From: Candidatus Woesearchaeota archaeon
GTDB taxonomy: Archaea > Nanobdellota > Nanobdellia > Woesearchaeales > GW2011-AR4
NCBI GenBank assembly: GCA_016185945.1
Contig: JACPMR010000002.1
Coordinates: 10,999-74,998, forward strand
DNA length: 64,000 nucleotides
Direction: 5' to 3'
Shown here: positions 20,141 through 29,830 of the stretch, in pieces
Position numbering within the stretch: the first letter of the stretch is position 1
Layout: each line of letters starts with the position of its first letter
Translations under genes and position numbers: made by a program
Notes under the pieces: model-generated
What the model was told of the DNA's origin: nothing
Seen by the model: the letters and a program-made list of their open reading frames with translations, nothing else
Database searches by the model: none

Positions 20141-20228
20141 ATTATTGTTTTTTTTTGAAATTTTTTAATGCGGTTTTTGAAAAATTCGATTTTTTATTTA
20201 TTGAATTATTTTATTTAATTATTGATTT

Positions 20229-21245
20229 TTATTTTATCCCAAATGTTCTATTTGTCATTTGCATTGACTTTTCCCCGTCCTTGAAGCCAGTCATTGCACG
20301 AATGCAGTCAATGTTTTCGGGGATTACATCTGATTCCTGGTGAACTGCCTGCATATAGAGTAATTTGTTGTGGGCGTTTGAGGTTATCCCAACCGCTTCC
20401 TGCCATACACAGATTTCAGGCATGTCCCCCCTTAGCCTGCCCATGTCCCTTGCAAATTCCATAATCTCTGCTGTCGAACGGAGATGCTCTGCATTCCTTA
20501 CAACCCTTACCCTTGTGGTATTCTTGAACAACTCAATCGCATCCTCAACATTTATCCTTTTCTTCAAGTCAACAGTCAAGGTGTGCAAATGCATCAAGGT
20601 TGATGGAACGCTCAATGCTGTTGTAAAAATCTCGACATTGTGCAACACACTCTGAACATCTGGGCCATGATGGCTTGGCATCTCCAAAACTGGAACAATC
20701 GCATTTATCGGCCCATGGTAAATGTCGCCAGGGTCTGCTCCTCGCCTTATCATTGTTGCGTGAACGCTTTCAATGCCATATGCCTTGTCAACAGCATGCA
20801 AGGTCCTGCAAAGTCCTGTTGTATTACAGCTTACAATCCTAACATAATCCTTGTTCAGTGCCTCCTTATAGTTGCACTGCGCGACAAAGCTTGTGCCTGT
20901 TGTTTCATGCTTCTCGCCGCCCTGCACGATTGCCTTGACTTTTTTCAGTTTGTACAGTTTTTCTAAGTTTTCCTTTCCAATTTTTTTTGGTGTTGCATCT
21001 ACAATAATATCAACATTGTCAAGCAGGTTGTTTATGTCGCCGTCTGGCTTTATGCCATTTGTTTTTAATTCCGAAGAATCTCCAACGCTAAAAATCTTGT
21101 AGCCCTTTGACTTTGCAACCTCTGTGTTAAAGCTATACGAATGCGCTGTAACTCCAACAAGCTTCATGTCTCTTTGCATTGCGACTGCATCAGCAACTCT
21201 CTTGCCGATTGTTCCGTAGCCGACAATCCCAACCTTAATTGCCAT
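20229..21245 (-). CDS. gap: glyceraldehyde-3-phosphate dehydrogenase, archaeal type II
   Basis: VGIVGYGTIGKRVA. Active-site VSCNTTGL. Confidence 0.88.
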   Translation of the reverse strand: MAIKVGIVGYGTIGKRVADAVAMQRDMKLVGVTAHSYSFNTEVAKSKGYKIFSVGDSSELKTNGIKPDGDINNLLDNVDIIVDATPKKIGKENLEKLYKLKKVKAIVQGGEKHETTGTSFVAQCNYKEALNKDYVRIVSCNTTGLCRTLHAVDKAYGIESVHATMIRRGADPGDIYHGPINAIVPVLEMPSHHGPDVQSVLHNVEIFTTALSVPSTLMHLHTLTVDLKKRINVEDAIELFKNTTRVRVVRNAEHLRSTAEIMEFARDMGRLRGDMPEICVWQEAVGITSNAHNKLLYMQAVHQESDVIPENIDCIRAMTGFKDGEKSMQMTNRTFGIK

Positions 21246-21251
21246 TTTTCA

Positions 21252-22268
21252 TTACTCTTCGTTTTCCATTTCTTCTTTGTATTTTCCCATTGTTGCCAAG
21301 CTATTTAACTTGGCGCGCTTTACGAATGCCTTTTGGGCTTTTGGGATGTTTTCATCCTTGCCCTGCCATGCCTTCAAAGCAGGATCCTGCAATGCCCTTG
21401 CATAGGAAAAGCTGACATACCATGGCAAATCCTCTCCTAAAGTGTGTATCCTGTTTAAGTGGGCTGTTGCTTCCTGCGGAGTCTGCCCGCCTGAAAGAAA
21501 ATTAATGCTTGGCAGCTCTTCGGGCACTGTTGCTTTCAGGCATTTCACTGTTCTTCTTGCAACCTCGTCAACGCCTGCCCTGCTATTTGCCTCTTTCCCA
21601 GAAATCACCATGCTCGGCTTCAATATGGCACAATCAATTATCACATTTTCTTTGTTCAATGCGTCAAACACCGCCCTCAAAACTTTTTCATTAACTTTAT
21701 GGCATGCATCGATAGAGTGGGTGCCGTCAATCAAAACTTCCGGCTCGACAATAGGCACAAAGCCATGCTGCTGGCATATTTTTGCATATTTTGCCAAGTC
21801 ATGCGCGTTTCTCTGGATTAATTTTTCAGTTGGTGTGTTTTCTGAAATAGAATAAACTGCGCGCCATTTGGCAAACCTCGTCCCAGCTTCTTTGTATTTT
21901 TCCAGCCTGTCCCCTAATCCATCGAGCCCTCTTGTGTACTGCTCTGCAGAGCTGTCAAAGTCAGCAAGCCCTTCGTCTACTTTAATACCTGGAACAATGC
22001 CTTTGCTGCTCAGCACTTCAGGAAATAAAATGCCATCATTTGACTTTTGATGCAGGGTTTCTTCATATAAAATAACTCCGCAAATGTATTTTTCCATTCC
22101 GGGAGCAGCCAGCATTACATTCCTGTACTGCCTTCTTGTCTCTTCTGTTGATTCAACGCCAATGCTTGCCAACCTTTTTGTTGCAGTCTTAACGCTTTCA
22201 TCAGCAGCCAAAATTCCCTTTCCGACAATTACCATGTCCTTTATTGTCTGTTTAAGCTCTTGGCTCAT
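21252..22268 (-). CDS. fba: fructose-bisphosphate aldolase, class I (eukaryotic/glycolytic-type fold)
   Basis: GILAADES, ILFPEVL and SGGQ motifs typical of class I FBA (PF00274-like). 338 aa. Confidence 0.85.
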   Translation of the reverse strand: MSQELKQTIKDMVIVGKGILAADESVKTATKRLASIGVESTEETRRQYRNVMLAAPGMEKYICGVILYEETLHQKSNDGILFPEVLSSKGIVPGIKVDEGLADFDSSAEQYTRGLDGLGDRLEKYKEAGTRFAKWRAVYSISENTPTEKLIQRNAHDLAKYAKICQQHGFVPIVEPEVLIDGTHSIDACHKVNEKVLRAVFDALNKENVIIDCAILKPSMVISGKEANSRAGVDEVARRTVKCLKATVPEELPSINFLSGGQTPQEATAHLNRIHTLGEDLPWYVSFSYARALQDPALKAWQGKDENIPKAQKAFVKRAKLNSLATMGKYKEEMENEE

Positions 22269-22323
22269 AACTATTTCACCTTTTGATTTTTAAGTGATTT
22301 TGATTTTTATTCGACGACTAATC

Positions 22324-22465
22324 TTTCAATCCGGCTTTGCCAAATTCTAGTGCTCGGCAAAACTTCCCTTTCAATCAGTTTTGCCTCGCCTATATATTCA
22401 ATAAAAAATAAAAAGCGGTTTACTTTCTTCACGCTTACATCCAAAAGTCGCTCTCGTTTTTTTGA
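22324..22465 (+). repeat. element copy C (subfamily 2)
   Basis: ttcaatccg, then ctcGGCAAAACT...AGTTTTGCCtcgcctatatattcaataaaa...aaagtcgctctcg. Confidence 0.6.
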
Positions 22466-22550
22466 TTTAAATTTTTTAATGAGTTTTAGTATTGTTTTAA
22501 TTTTTATTGATGAATTTTTTATTGATATTTGTTTTGAAATCTTTTTTAAC

Positions 22551-23507
22551 TTAATAATCGGGAAAATGCTCGAACTTGTGCCTTGCCTCGATAAATCTGA
22601 CTGTCTTTGTCTTTGCGCGCATTACAATTGAGTGTGTTTTTGCCCCGCCGCTCAGGAATTGCACTCCTTTGAGGATTGTTCCGTCTGTAACTCCTGTTGC
22701 CGCGAACATCGCCTCGTCGCTTTTAACCAATTCATTCATTGCAAGCTTTTTGTCAAAGTCAGTTATCCCCATTTTTCTAGCTCTTGCCTTTTCTTCCTCG
22801 TTCCTGAAATTTAATCTGCCCTGAATTTCGCCGCCAAGGCACTTAAGCGCAACTGCTGCGATGACGCCTTCCGGAGCCCCCCCGATTCCCATTAAAATAT
22901 CAACCCCTGAATCCTCGATTGCAGGCGCCAATGCTCCTGCTATATCCCCGTCTCTTATCAACTTGATTCTTGAGCCGCATTTTCTGATTTTTTCAATCAT
23001 TTCTTTATGCCTGTCTCTATCCAAGATTATTACAGTTACCTCGTCAATCGGCTTATCTAACTTCTCAGCAACTGCTTTAAGATTCTCTTCAACAGAAGCA
23101 TCCAAATCGACAGTGCCAACACATTCAGGGCCGACAGCGATCTTGTCCATGTAAGTGTCAGGGGCATTTAACAAGCAACCAGAAGGAGCAGCGGCAAAAA
23201 CAGACATCGCATTTGGGTCTCCTCTTGCTGTGATTGTTGTGCCTTCAAGAGGGTCTACAGCAATATCGAGCTTTGTGTTTCTGCCTGTGCCAACTTTTTC
23301 ACCAATAAAAAGCATTGGGGCTTCATCTCTTTCGCCTTCACCGATGACAATCGTGCCGTCCATGTCAATAATGCTGAAAGATTTTCGCATTGCCTCAACT
23401 GCAGCTTGGTCTGCTGCCTTTTCATTGCCTTTTCCCATCCAGTAAGCTGAGCTTATTGCAGCCGCCTCTGTGGCTCTTACAAAGTCCAAAGCAAGATTCC
23501 TGTCCAT
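22551..23507 (-). CDS. glpX: fructose-1,6-bisphosphatase class II (GlpX type)
   Basis: GlpX-like sequence throughout (GEGERDEAP, DPLEGTT, MGIGGAPEGV). Confidence 0.85.
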   Translation of the reverse strand: MDRNLALDFVRATEAAAISSAYWMGKGNEKAADQAAVEAMRKSFSIIDMDGTIVIGEGERDEAPMLFIGEKVGTGRNTKLDIAVDPLEGTTITARGDPNAMSVFAAAPSGCLLNAPDTYMDKIAVGPECVGTVDLDASVEENLKAVAEKLDKPIDEVTVIILDRDRHKEMIEKIRKCGSRIKLIRDGDIAGALAPAIEDSGVDILMGIGGAPEGVIAAVALKCLGGEIQGRLNFRNEEEKARARKMGITDFDKKLAMNELVKSDEAMFAATGVTDGTILKGVQFLSGGAKTHSIVMRAKTKTVRFIEARHKFEHFPDY

Positions 23508-23617
23508 CTAACCCCCAATCGGGTGTTTTTTTCACGTTATATATAAATCTTTCCATTTGTCATATCTCATCATACAAAAAACAAAAACTTTATAAATGAG
23601 CTTAAAAATAACCCCAA

Positions 23618-24499
23618 TTGAGGGTGGTGAATTTCGTGAAAGAGCGCATTACTATAACCCTTGACAAGAATCTGATAAATCAGATAGACAAAAGGATAGA
23701 CGGCATTGATATAAAGAACAGGTCGCAGGAGGTAGAGTTTCTACTTGCAGAGGCGCTTGGCACGCACATTCCTAGCAAAGCAGTTCTCTTGGTTGGAGGC
23801 AGAGGCACGAGATTAAGGCCTTTGACAGACAAAACGCCAAAAGCATTGCTTGAGGTGCAGGGCAAAACCATTACAGAACATTTGTTTGATTTGCTGAAAA
23901 AATACGGGATAAGGGAATGTATTTTATGCACAGGTTATCTGAAAGATAAAATAAAGGAGCACTTTGGAGACGGCAGCAAATTTGGAATGAGCATAACCTA
24001 TGTTGAAGAGGATGAACCATTGGGAACGGCTGGACCATTAAAATTGGCTAAAAAATACCTGAATGACAGCTTTATTGTCTCTAATGGGGACGAGTTGAAG
24101 AACATCAACATTCCAAGGATGTTTAGATTGCATAAGAGAAAAAACGCATTGTCTACAATTGCACTTACAACAGTCGATGATCCTTCACATTACGGGGTTG
24201 CACGGCTTGACGGCTCCAGAATCGTTGAGTTTGTTGAAAAACCAAGCAGTCCACCTTCTAATTTAATAAATGCGGGGTTTTATATACTCGAGCCAGAGGT
24301 TATTGACACTATTCCACATGGCTTTGCAATGCTTGAGAAGGATGTTTTCCCAAAGCTTGCACAGCTCGGCAGATTAAGGGGGTTTCCATTTGCAGGGCAG
24401 TGGTTTGACATCGGCAATATAGAAAGGTACAAGATTGCAGAAAAGAGATGGGGAGGCATTGTCCCATTCGAGGAAGACGAGATGGACATCAGGGAATAG
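23618..24499 (+). CDS. sugar-1-phosphate nucleotidyltransferase with N-terminal ribbon-helix-helix-like segment (start uncertain; TTG/GTG start)
   Basis: LVGGRGTRLRPLT pyrophosphorylase loop. N-terminal ERITITLDKNLINQIDKRI...EVEFLLAEAL resembles a CopG/RHH fold. Confidence 0.75.
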   Translation: MRVVNFVKERITITLDKNLINQIDKRIDGIDIKNRSQEVEFLLAEALGTHIPSKAVLLVGGRGTRLRPLTDKTPKALLEVQGKTITEHLFDLLKKYGIRECILCTGYLKDKIKEHFGDGSKFGMSITYVEEDEPLGTAGPLKLAKKYLNDSFIVSNGDELKNINIPRMFRLHKRKNALSTIALTTVDDPSHYGVARLDGSRIVEFVEKPSSPPSNLINAGFYILEPEVIDTIPHGFAMLEKDVFPKLAQLGRLRGFPFAGQWFDIGNIERYKIAEKRWGGIVPFEEDEMDIRE

Positions 24500-24533
24500 A
24501 AAAATAGTTAAATAAAAAAATGGTAATTTCTTT

Positions 24534-25880
24534 ATGCTCTCAGAAATATTCAAAGCATACGATGTAAGGGGGATTTACGGGCAAAATCTTACTGAGGAAA
24601 CAGCTTATAAAATCGGTAGGGCTTTTGTCTGCTTTCTCAAGTGCAAAGACGTGATTGTAGGGACTGACATGAGAGAATCCTCGCCAAAACTCAGCAAGGC
24701 ATTCATGAAGGGTGTTGCAGAACAAAGAGCAAATGCAGTTTTCATAGGAGAGGTTTGCACAGATGCCGTTTATTTTGCCTCGGGATTTTTGAATAAGCCG
24801 GCTGTGATGTTTACTGCCTCTCACAATCCACCCCAATGGAATGGAATTAAATTCTGCAGAGAAAATGCAATACCCATAAATGAAGACACCGGATTAAAAA
24901 GGATAAAGTCAATAATTGAAAATAATGAATATAGTAAAAAAACGGCAAAAAAACAAGGAAAAATAATCAAAAGAGATGTATTAAAAAACTATGTAGCTCA
25001 CGTCAGGAAATTTATTGATATTAAAAAACTGGGAAAATTAAAGATTGCAGTTGATGCGGGCAATGGGATGGCTGGAAAGATGATTCCATTGGTTTATAAA
25101 AATCTTCCAATTAAGATTATTCCTATTTATTTCAAACTCGACGGGACTTTCCCGAACCATCCTGCTGACCCGTCAAAATATGAAAACCTTGTTGAATTGC
25201 AGAAAATTGTAAGAGAGCAAAACTGCGACTTTGGAATAGCTTTTGATGGCGATGCCGACAGGATATTTTTCGTAGATGAAAATGGACATGTAATAAACAG
25301 TTCTCTTATATCGGCATTGATAATAAAAAATATATTAGCAATTAGCAATAAGCAAAAAATAATTTACAATGCAGTGTGCAGCCATATAGTGCCTGAGACG
25401 ATAAAAAAATACGGAGGCACCCCGATCATCGAAAGAGTGGGACATTCCTTCATAAAGGAAACGATGAGAAAAACAAAGGCGATTTTTGCATGTGAGCATT
25501 CAGCACATTATTATTACAAGGGGAATTTCCGGGCTGACTCCGGCATAATAACAAGCTTGATTATGTCCGAGATTATCTCAAAGGATAATAAGCCATTGTC
25601 ACAATTGCTGGAGGAATTCGGGGTTTACCATACAATAGAAGAAACCAATGTGGATGTAAAAGACAAAAGTGCAAAATTGAGGGAAATCGAAAACATTTAC
25701 AAAAAACAAGACCCTAAAAAAATATCAAAGCTCGACGGTATCACTATTGAATTTGATGCCTGGTGGTTCAATGTCAGGCCTAGCAATACAGAGCCATTGC
25801 TGAGGTTAAATTTAGAAGCGGATTCTGAGGAATTGATGAAAGAGAAAAAAGAGGAATTGCTTAATTTAATGAGAAGTTAA
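24534..25880 (+). CDS. phosphomannomutase/phosphoglucomutase
   Basis: YDVRGIY N-terminus. Active-site TASHNPPQWNGIKF. Confidence 0.88.
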   Translation: MLSEIFKAYDVRGIYGQNLTEETAYKIGRAFVCFLKCKDVIVGTDMRESSPKLSKAFMKGVAEQRANAVFIGEVCTDAVYFASGFLNKPAVMFTASHNPPQWNGIKFCRENAIPINEDTGLKRIKSIIENNEYSKKTAKKQGKIIKRDVLKNYVAHVRKFIDIKKLGKLKIAVDAGNGMAGKMIPLVYKNLPIKIIPIYFKLDGTFPNHPADPSKYENLVELQKIVREQNCDFGIAFDGDADRIFFVDENGHVINSSLISALIIKNILAISNKQKIIYNAVCSHIVPETIKKYGGTPIIERVGHSFIKETMRKTKAIFACEHSAHYYYKGNFRADSGIITSLIMSEIISKDNKPLSQLLEEFGVYHTIEETNVDVKDKSAKLREIENIYKKQDPKKISKLDGITIEFDAWWFNVRPSNTEPLLRLNLEADSEELMKEKKEELLNLMRS

Positions 25881-26865
25881 ATGTTTTTGTAGATATTGGT
25901 ATTGTTAAAAAATTATTTGGATTATATTGAAATATTGCAGGAACTGGTTTAACAAGGTGATCTATGGTATATTGTTGGCTCAAAGATTTTTGAGCTTGCA
26001 TATCAAATCCATAATAAGACGAGTCACTAGCATTTCTCCTAGGAGTAAAGCGTCCTCGCAAATAGTCACTGATAAATTCGGCAATTATCTCTCCATGGTT
26101 GAATGCGAAATTGCCAGCCTCAATGTTCTTGACAACCTTTTCAAGCGACATGACGGCAGGTATGCCTGCGTCAGGCGCCATTCCTGAAGAAGAAACTGCT
26201 TTCCAGTCTTCCTTCGATTTCACTTGTATAACATAAACAAAATTATTTGATTCGTATCCATTGAAGTAATCCTTGGCAACATAAACCGGCTTCGGATTTT
26301 CCTTCAAAGAGTCTAGCAATATTGTCTGCGCCTTTTTGTTAACTATTTCTTCCTTTATTTCCCTTACAAGCGCTTCCAAGCTTGATTCATTTTCTTCAAT
26401 GCCTCCTCCGACAAGCGAAAACTTCCCTATTTCGCTTTTTATTGGATAATCATACGACTTAATCTCCAAGTAGAATTTAATTTTGCCTGTCTTGGGGTCC
26501 CTGTAGAGAATTACTGCAATTGCCCCGTCAATATTCTCGTACTTAACTTGATTTTCTTTTTTGTTTGATTTTCTGTAGTTTCGTGAAGAACCTTCATTTT
26601 TGTAAGGAGATTTATCGTCTTGTTCTTTTCTATCTTTTCTGTGATTGACATGCCTACCAGATTTGGAGCCATTGGAAGTGTCTTTATCTTCATTAGCTGT
26701 TCTTCTTTCTGCTCTTGAGGATTTGGACTCGTAATTTTTATCGTTTAGCCTGCGCTCTATACCTCTTCTTTCATTAGGGGTGTTAGTCCTATGGCTATCT
26801 CCAGCATCTTCTTCTACTCTTTCTTCCAGCCCTTCACGCTCTGCAACTTCAGCAGCTTCTTCCAT
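25861..26865 (-). CDS. Nudix hydrolase with ~115-aa highly charged disordered N-terminal extension
   Basis: Nudix box GGGIEENESSLEALVREIKEEIV. N-terminal E/R/K/S/N-rich low-complexity region. Confidence 0.7.
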   Translation of the reverse strand: MEEAAEVAEREGLEERVEEDAGDSHRTNTPNERRGIERRLNDKNYESKSSRAERRTANEDKDTSNGSKSGRHVNHRKDRKEQDDKSPYKNEGSSRNYRKSNKKENQVKYENIDGAIAVILYRDPKTGKIKFYLEIKSYDYPIKSEIGKFSLVGGGIEENESSLEALVREIKEEIVNKKAQTILLDSLKENPKPVYVAKDYFNGYESNNFVYVIQVKSKEDWKAVSSSGMAPDAGIPAVMSLEKVVKNIEAGNFAFNHGEIIAEFISDYLRGRFTPRRNASDSSYYGFDMQAQKSLSQQYTIDHLVKPVPAIFQYNPNNFLTIPISTKTFNFSLN

Positions 26866-26934
26866 TTTTGCAAAAATTTGATTATTATATAGTGGTAAAT
26901 ATGCATTAAGGAATTTAAAAATTTATCGTTGTTT

Positions 26935-27024
26935 TAGAAAATGACATTAATTATTGGACATTTGTGTCATTTTCTAAGATAGTAAGTGACAAATAAATGC
27001 CCTAAAACTTGTGTCACTTACTAT
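26935..27024. promoter_or_regulatory. two adjacent perfect long-spacer palindromes (AGAAAATGACA-N20-TGTCATTTTCT and TAGTAAGTGACA-N20-TGTCACTTACTA) upstream of the Pop5/exosome superoperon
   Basis: Read directly. Both share a TGACA...TGTCA core. About 120-210 bp upstream of the ATG at 27144. Confidence 0.5.
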
Positions 27025-27143
27025 TTGGCTGACTTTTACCAAATAAAACTACAAAACCCAAAACTTTAAATACTATTTAATAATACTCCAGCCTAACAGA
27101 GAGAAGAGAATGGCGTTATTATATTTCTTCTCATAATAGTGAG

Positions 27144-27509
27144 ATGATAAAGACAAAATTAAAGCCTATTTTGCCAAGCCTGAGGGAAAAAAAGCGCTAT
27201 CTGGTATTCGAGATAATTTCAAAAGAGAGGGTAGAAGACGCTGGCGCTGTTTCAAACGCAATATGGGGCTGTGCATTGAAGTTTCTGGGACAGCTTGGCA
27301 CTGCCAAAGCAGGAATTATGGTGCTTAACAACAAGTGGAATGCAAAGCTTCAGAGAGGCGTCATAAAAGTCAGCCACAAGCATGTCGATGCCTTAAAGGC
27401 GGCATTGATTTTTGCTGGCGGGATTGACAACACAGAGGTTATATTTAAGAGTGTGGGCGTGTCGGGCATATTAAGAAAAGCCGAACGAAAATATTTAAAT
27501 GCTTTGTGA
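27144..27509 (+). CDS. rnp2: RNase P protein component 2 (Pop5/Rnp2)
   Basis: LPSLREKKRYLVFEI matches the archaeal Pop5 N-terminus. Position in the exosome superoperon. Confidence 0.75.
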   Translation: MIKTKLKPILPSLREKKRYLVFEIISKERVEDAGAVSNAIWGCALKFLGQLGTAKAGIMVLNNKWNAKLQRGVIKVSHKHVDALKAALIFAGGIDNTEVIFKSVGVSGILRKAERKYLNAL

Positions 27510-27554
27510 ATTATGGTTACTTAAAAAGAATTAACAAACGAGGTGCAATAAAAA

Positions 27555-28304
27555 ATGCAACAGCCAATGCCGCATCAATTGATGGGATACGACAGGGCAA
27601 TCACAATGTTCAGCCCTGATGGAAGATTACTTCAAGTAGAGTATGCCAAAAAGACTGTAAGACAAGGCTCTACAGCCATAGGAATGGTATGCTCTGACGG
27701 GGTTCTGCTGGTTGCCGACAAGAGAGTTGTTGACTCATTAGTTGTCCCGGAATCTGTTGAGAAAATATGGCAGATTGACGAGCATATAGGAGCTGCTGCT
27801 TCAGGGATTTTGAGCGATGCCAGAGTGCTGATTGACAGGGCTCAATTAAGAGCGCAGCAAAACAGGGTAACTTATGATTCTGAAATCGATACTTTGACGA
27901 TTGTCAAGGACATGTGCGACTTAAAGCAGATTTGCACCCAAAGCGGCGGCTTGAGGCCATTTGGTGTTTCTGTTCTGGTTGCAGGCATCGACAACCATAC
28001 CCCCAAGCTCTTTGAGACAGACCCGATAGGAATTTACTTTCAATACAGGGCAACGGCAATAGGCGAGGGCGAAATTGAGGTAGAGGAAATATTGCACAAC
28101 GAATACAAGCAGGACTCTACAATAGAAGAGGGCTTGAAATTGTCGTTAAAAGCCCTGAAAAAGGTGCTCGGAGAGAATTTTAACATAGAGAGAATCGATG
28201 CAGCATACATCAACTCGGCAGATAAAAAATTCAGAAGATTCGCAAAACAAAGATTAGAGAAAGTAGCGTCAGAGTTAAAGGATGAGAAAAAAACAAAGAA
28301 ATGA
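27555..28304 (+). CDS. psmA: proteasome alpha subunit
   Basis: YDRAITMFSPDGRLLQVEYA signature. Confidence 0.92.
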   Translation: MQQPMPHQLMGYDRAITMFSPDGRLLQVEYAKKTVRQGSTAIGMVCSDGVLLVADKRVVDSLVVPESVEKIWQIDEHIGAAASGILSDARVLIDRAQLRAQQNRVTYDSEIDTLTIVKDMCDLKQICTQSGGLRPFGVSVLVAGIDNHTPKLFETDPIGIYFQYRATAIGEGEIEVEEILHNEYKQDSTIEEGLKLSLKALKKVLGENFNIERIDAAYINSADKKFRRFAKQRLEKVASELKDEKKTKK

Positions 28305-28312
28305 CGGGATAG

Positions 28313-29017
28313 ATGATGGTTACAGTTGATCAGGCGATAATTGCAAGGTTAAAGGCGCATGGGCAAAGCTTTGAGATTCTTGTTGACTGCAACAATGCGC
28401 TTGCCCTGAGGGACGGCAGGGAAATGGACATGCGCGACATTCTTGCAGCCATGCAGATTTTCTCTGATGCCAAAAAGGGCTTGGTTGCTTCTGAAAACGC
28501 AATGCGGCAGATTTTCGGCACAAGCGAAGTTGATGATGTTGCAAGGCAGATTATACAGAAAGGAGAGATACAATTAACGCAGGAGTACAGGGAAAAATTA
28601 AGGGAGGAAAAAAGAAAGCAAATCATCGCAATAATTCATAGAAACGGCGTTGACCCAAAAACGCATTTGCCGCATCCTCCGCAAAGGATTGAGAACGCAT
28701 TTGAGGAAGCAAAGCTCCATGTTGACGAGTTCAGGTCCGTGCAGGAGCAGGTGCAGGAAGCGTTAAAGAAGCTAAGGCCGATTTTGCCGATTAAATTTGA
28801 GGTCAAGGAGATCGCAATCAAGATTCCGCCGGAGTATGCCCCAAAATGCTATGCCCCTGCAAAGCAATTCGGCACGATATTGAGAGAAGAGTGGCAAAGC
28901 AATGGCTACTGGGTTGCTGTTGTCGAGCTGCCAGGCGGCATGGAAAATGACCTTTACGACAGGTTAAACAAGATATGCCATGGAAATGTGGAAAGCAAGG
29001 TTTTGAAGATTAAGTGA
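28313..29017 (+). CDS. sdo1: ribosome maturation protein SBDS/Sdo1
   Basis: SBDS-family sequence. Conserved superoperon position. Confidence 0.8.
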   Translation: MMVTVDQAIIARLKAHGQSFEILVDCNNALALRDGREMDMRDILAAMQIFSDAKKGLVASENAMRQIFGTSEVDDVARQIIQKGEIQLTQEYREKLREEKRKQIIAIIHRNGVDPKTHLPHPPQRIENAFEEAKLHVDEFRSVQEQVQEALKKLRPILPIKFEVKEIAIKIPPEYAPKCYAPAKQFGTILREEWQSNGYWVAVVELPGGMENDLYDRLNKICHGNVESKVLKIK

Positions 29018-29112
29018 TTGAAAATTTAAGAATATGCAATATCAACGAAAAATAATATAAAAAGTAATATTCAAACGACAAAAACAATAAAAATTCAAAA
29101 TATCAAGCATAG

Positions 29113-29823
29113 GTGAAAACAAAAATGTCAAAAATAATTGCAAAGGACAAGGAAATAGCAGTGCCTGGAGAGACACTGGCTAAAGGGATGGAAGTTCTGC
29201 CGGGAATCGGCACTTGCAGGGACGGAGAAAATATAATGGCTAACCGCCTTGGATTAGTCATGATTGAAGGAAGGACAATAAAGCTTATCCCATTATCGGG
29301 AAGGTATATACCGAAAACAGGAGACACAATAATATGCAAAGTCGTTGATGTCAGCTTCAACGGCTGGCGACTTGACACAAACTCTGCCTATTCAGCGATG
29401 CTGTCGATGAAAGATGCGACTTCTGACTTCATTGCAAGAGGGGCTAACTTAACACAATATTATGACTTAGGAGATTATGTCGTATGTAAAATTGTCAATG
29501 TCACGAGCCAGAAACTCATTGATGTGACAATGAAAGGGCCTGGATTAAGGAAGCTGAAGGGCGGCAGGATAATTGAAGTTAATCCTCACAAAGTGCCTCG
29601 TATAATAGGAAAGCAGGGCTCAATGGTTGTGATGATAAAAGATGCAACAAGGTGCAACATTGTTGTCGGGCAAAATGGCTTGATATGGATTGACGGCGAG
29701 CCATTGAATGAGCTGCTTGCCATCCAAACAATCAGAAAGATTGAAAGGGAAAGCCATTTGAGCGGCTTGACTGACAAGATAAAGGAATTTTTGGAAAAAA
29801 ATGGCGGGAAATTAACAGGGTGA
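29113..29823 (+). CDS. rrp4: exosome complex RNA-binding subunit Rrp4 (S1 plus KH)
   Basis: S1 domain followed by KH (IIGKQGSMVVMI). Confidence 0.85.
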   Translation: MKTKMSKIIAKDKEIAVPGETLAKGMEVLPGIGTCRDGENIMANRLGLVMIEGRTIKLIPLSGRYIPKTGDTIICKVVDVSFNGWRLDTNSAYSAMLSMKDATSDFIARGANLTQYYDLGDYVVCKIVNVTSQKLIDVTMKGPGLRKLKGGRIIEVNPHKVPRIIGKQGSMVVMIKDATRCNIVVGQNGLIWIDGEPLNELLAIQTIRKIERESHLSGLTDKIKEFLEKNGGKLTG

Positions 29824-29830
29824 TATTAAC

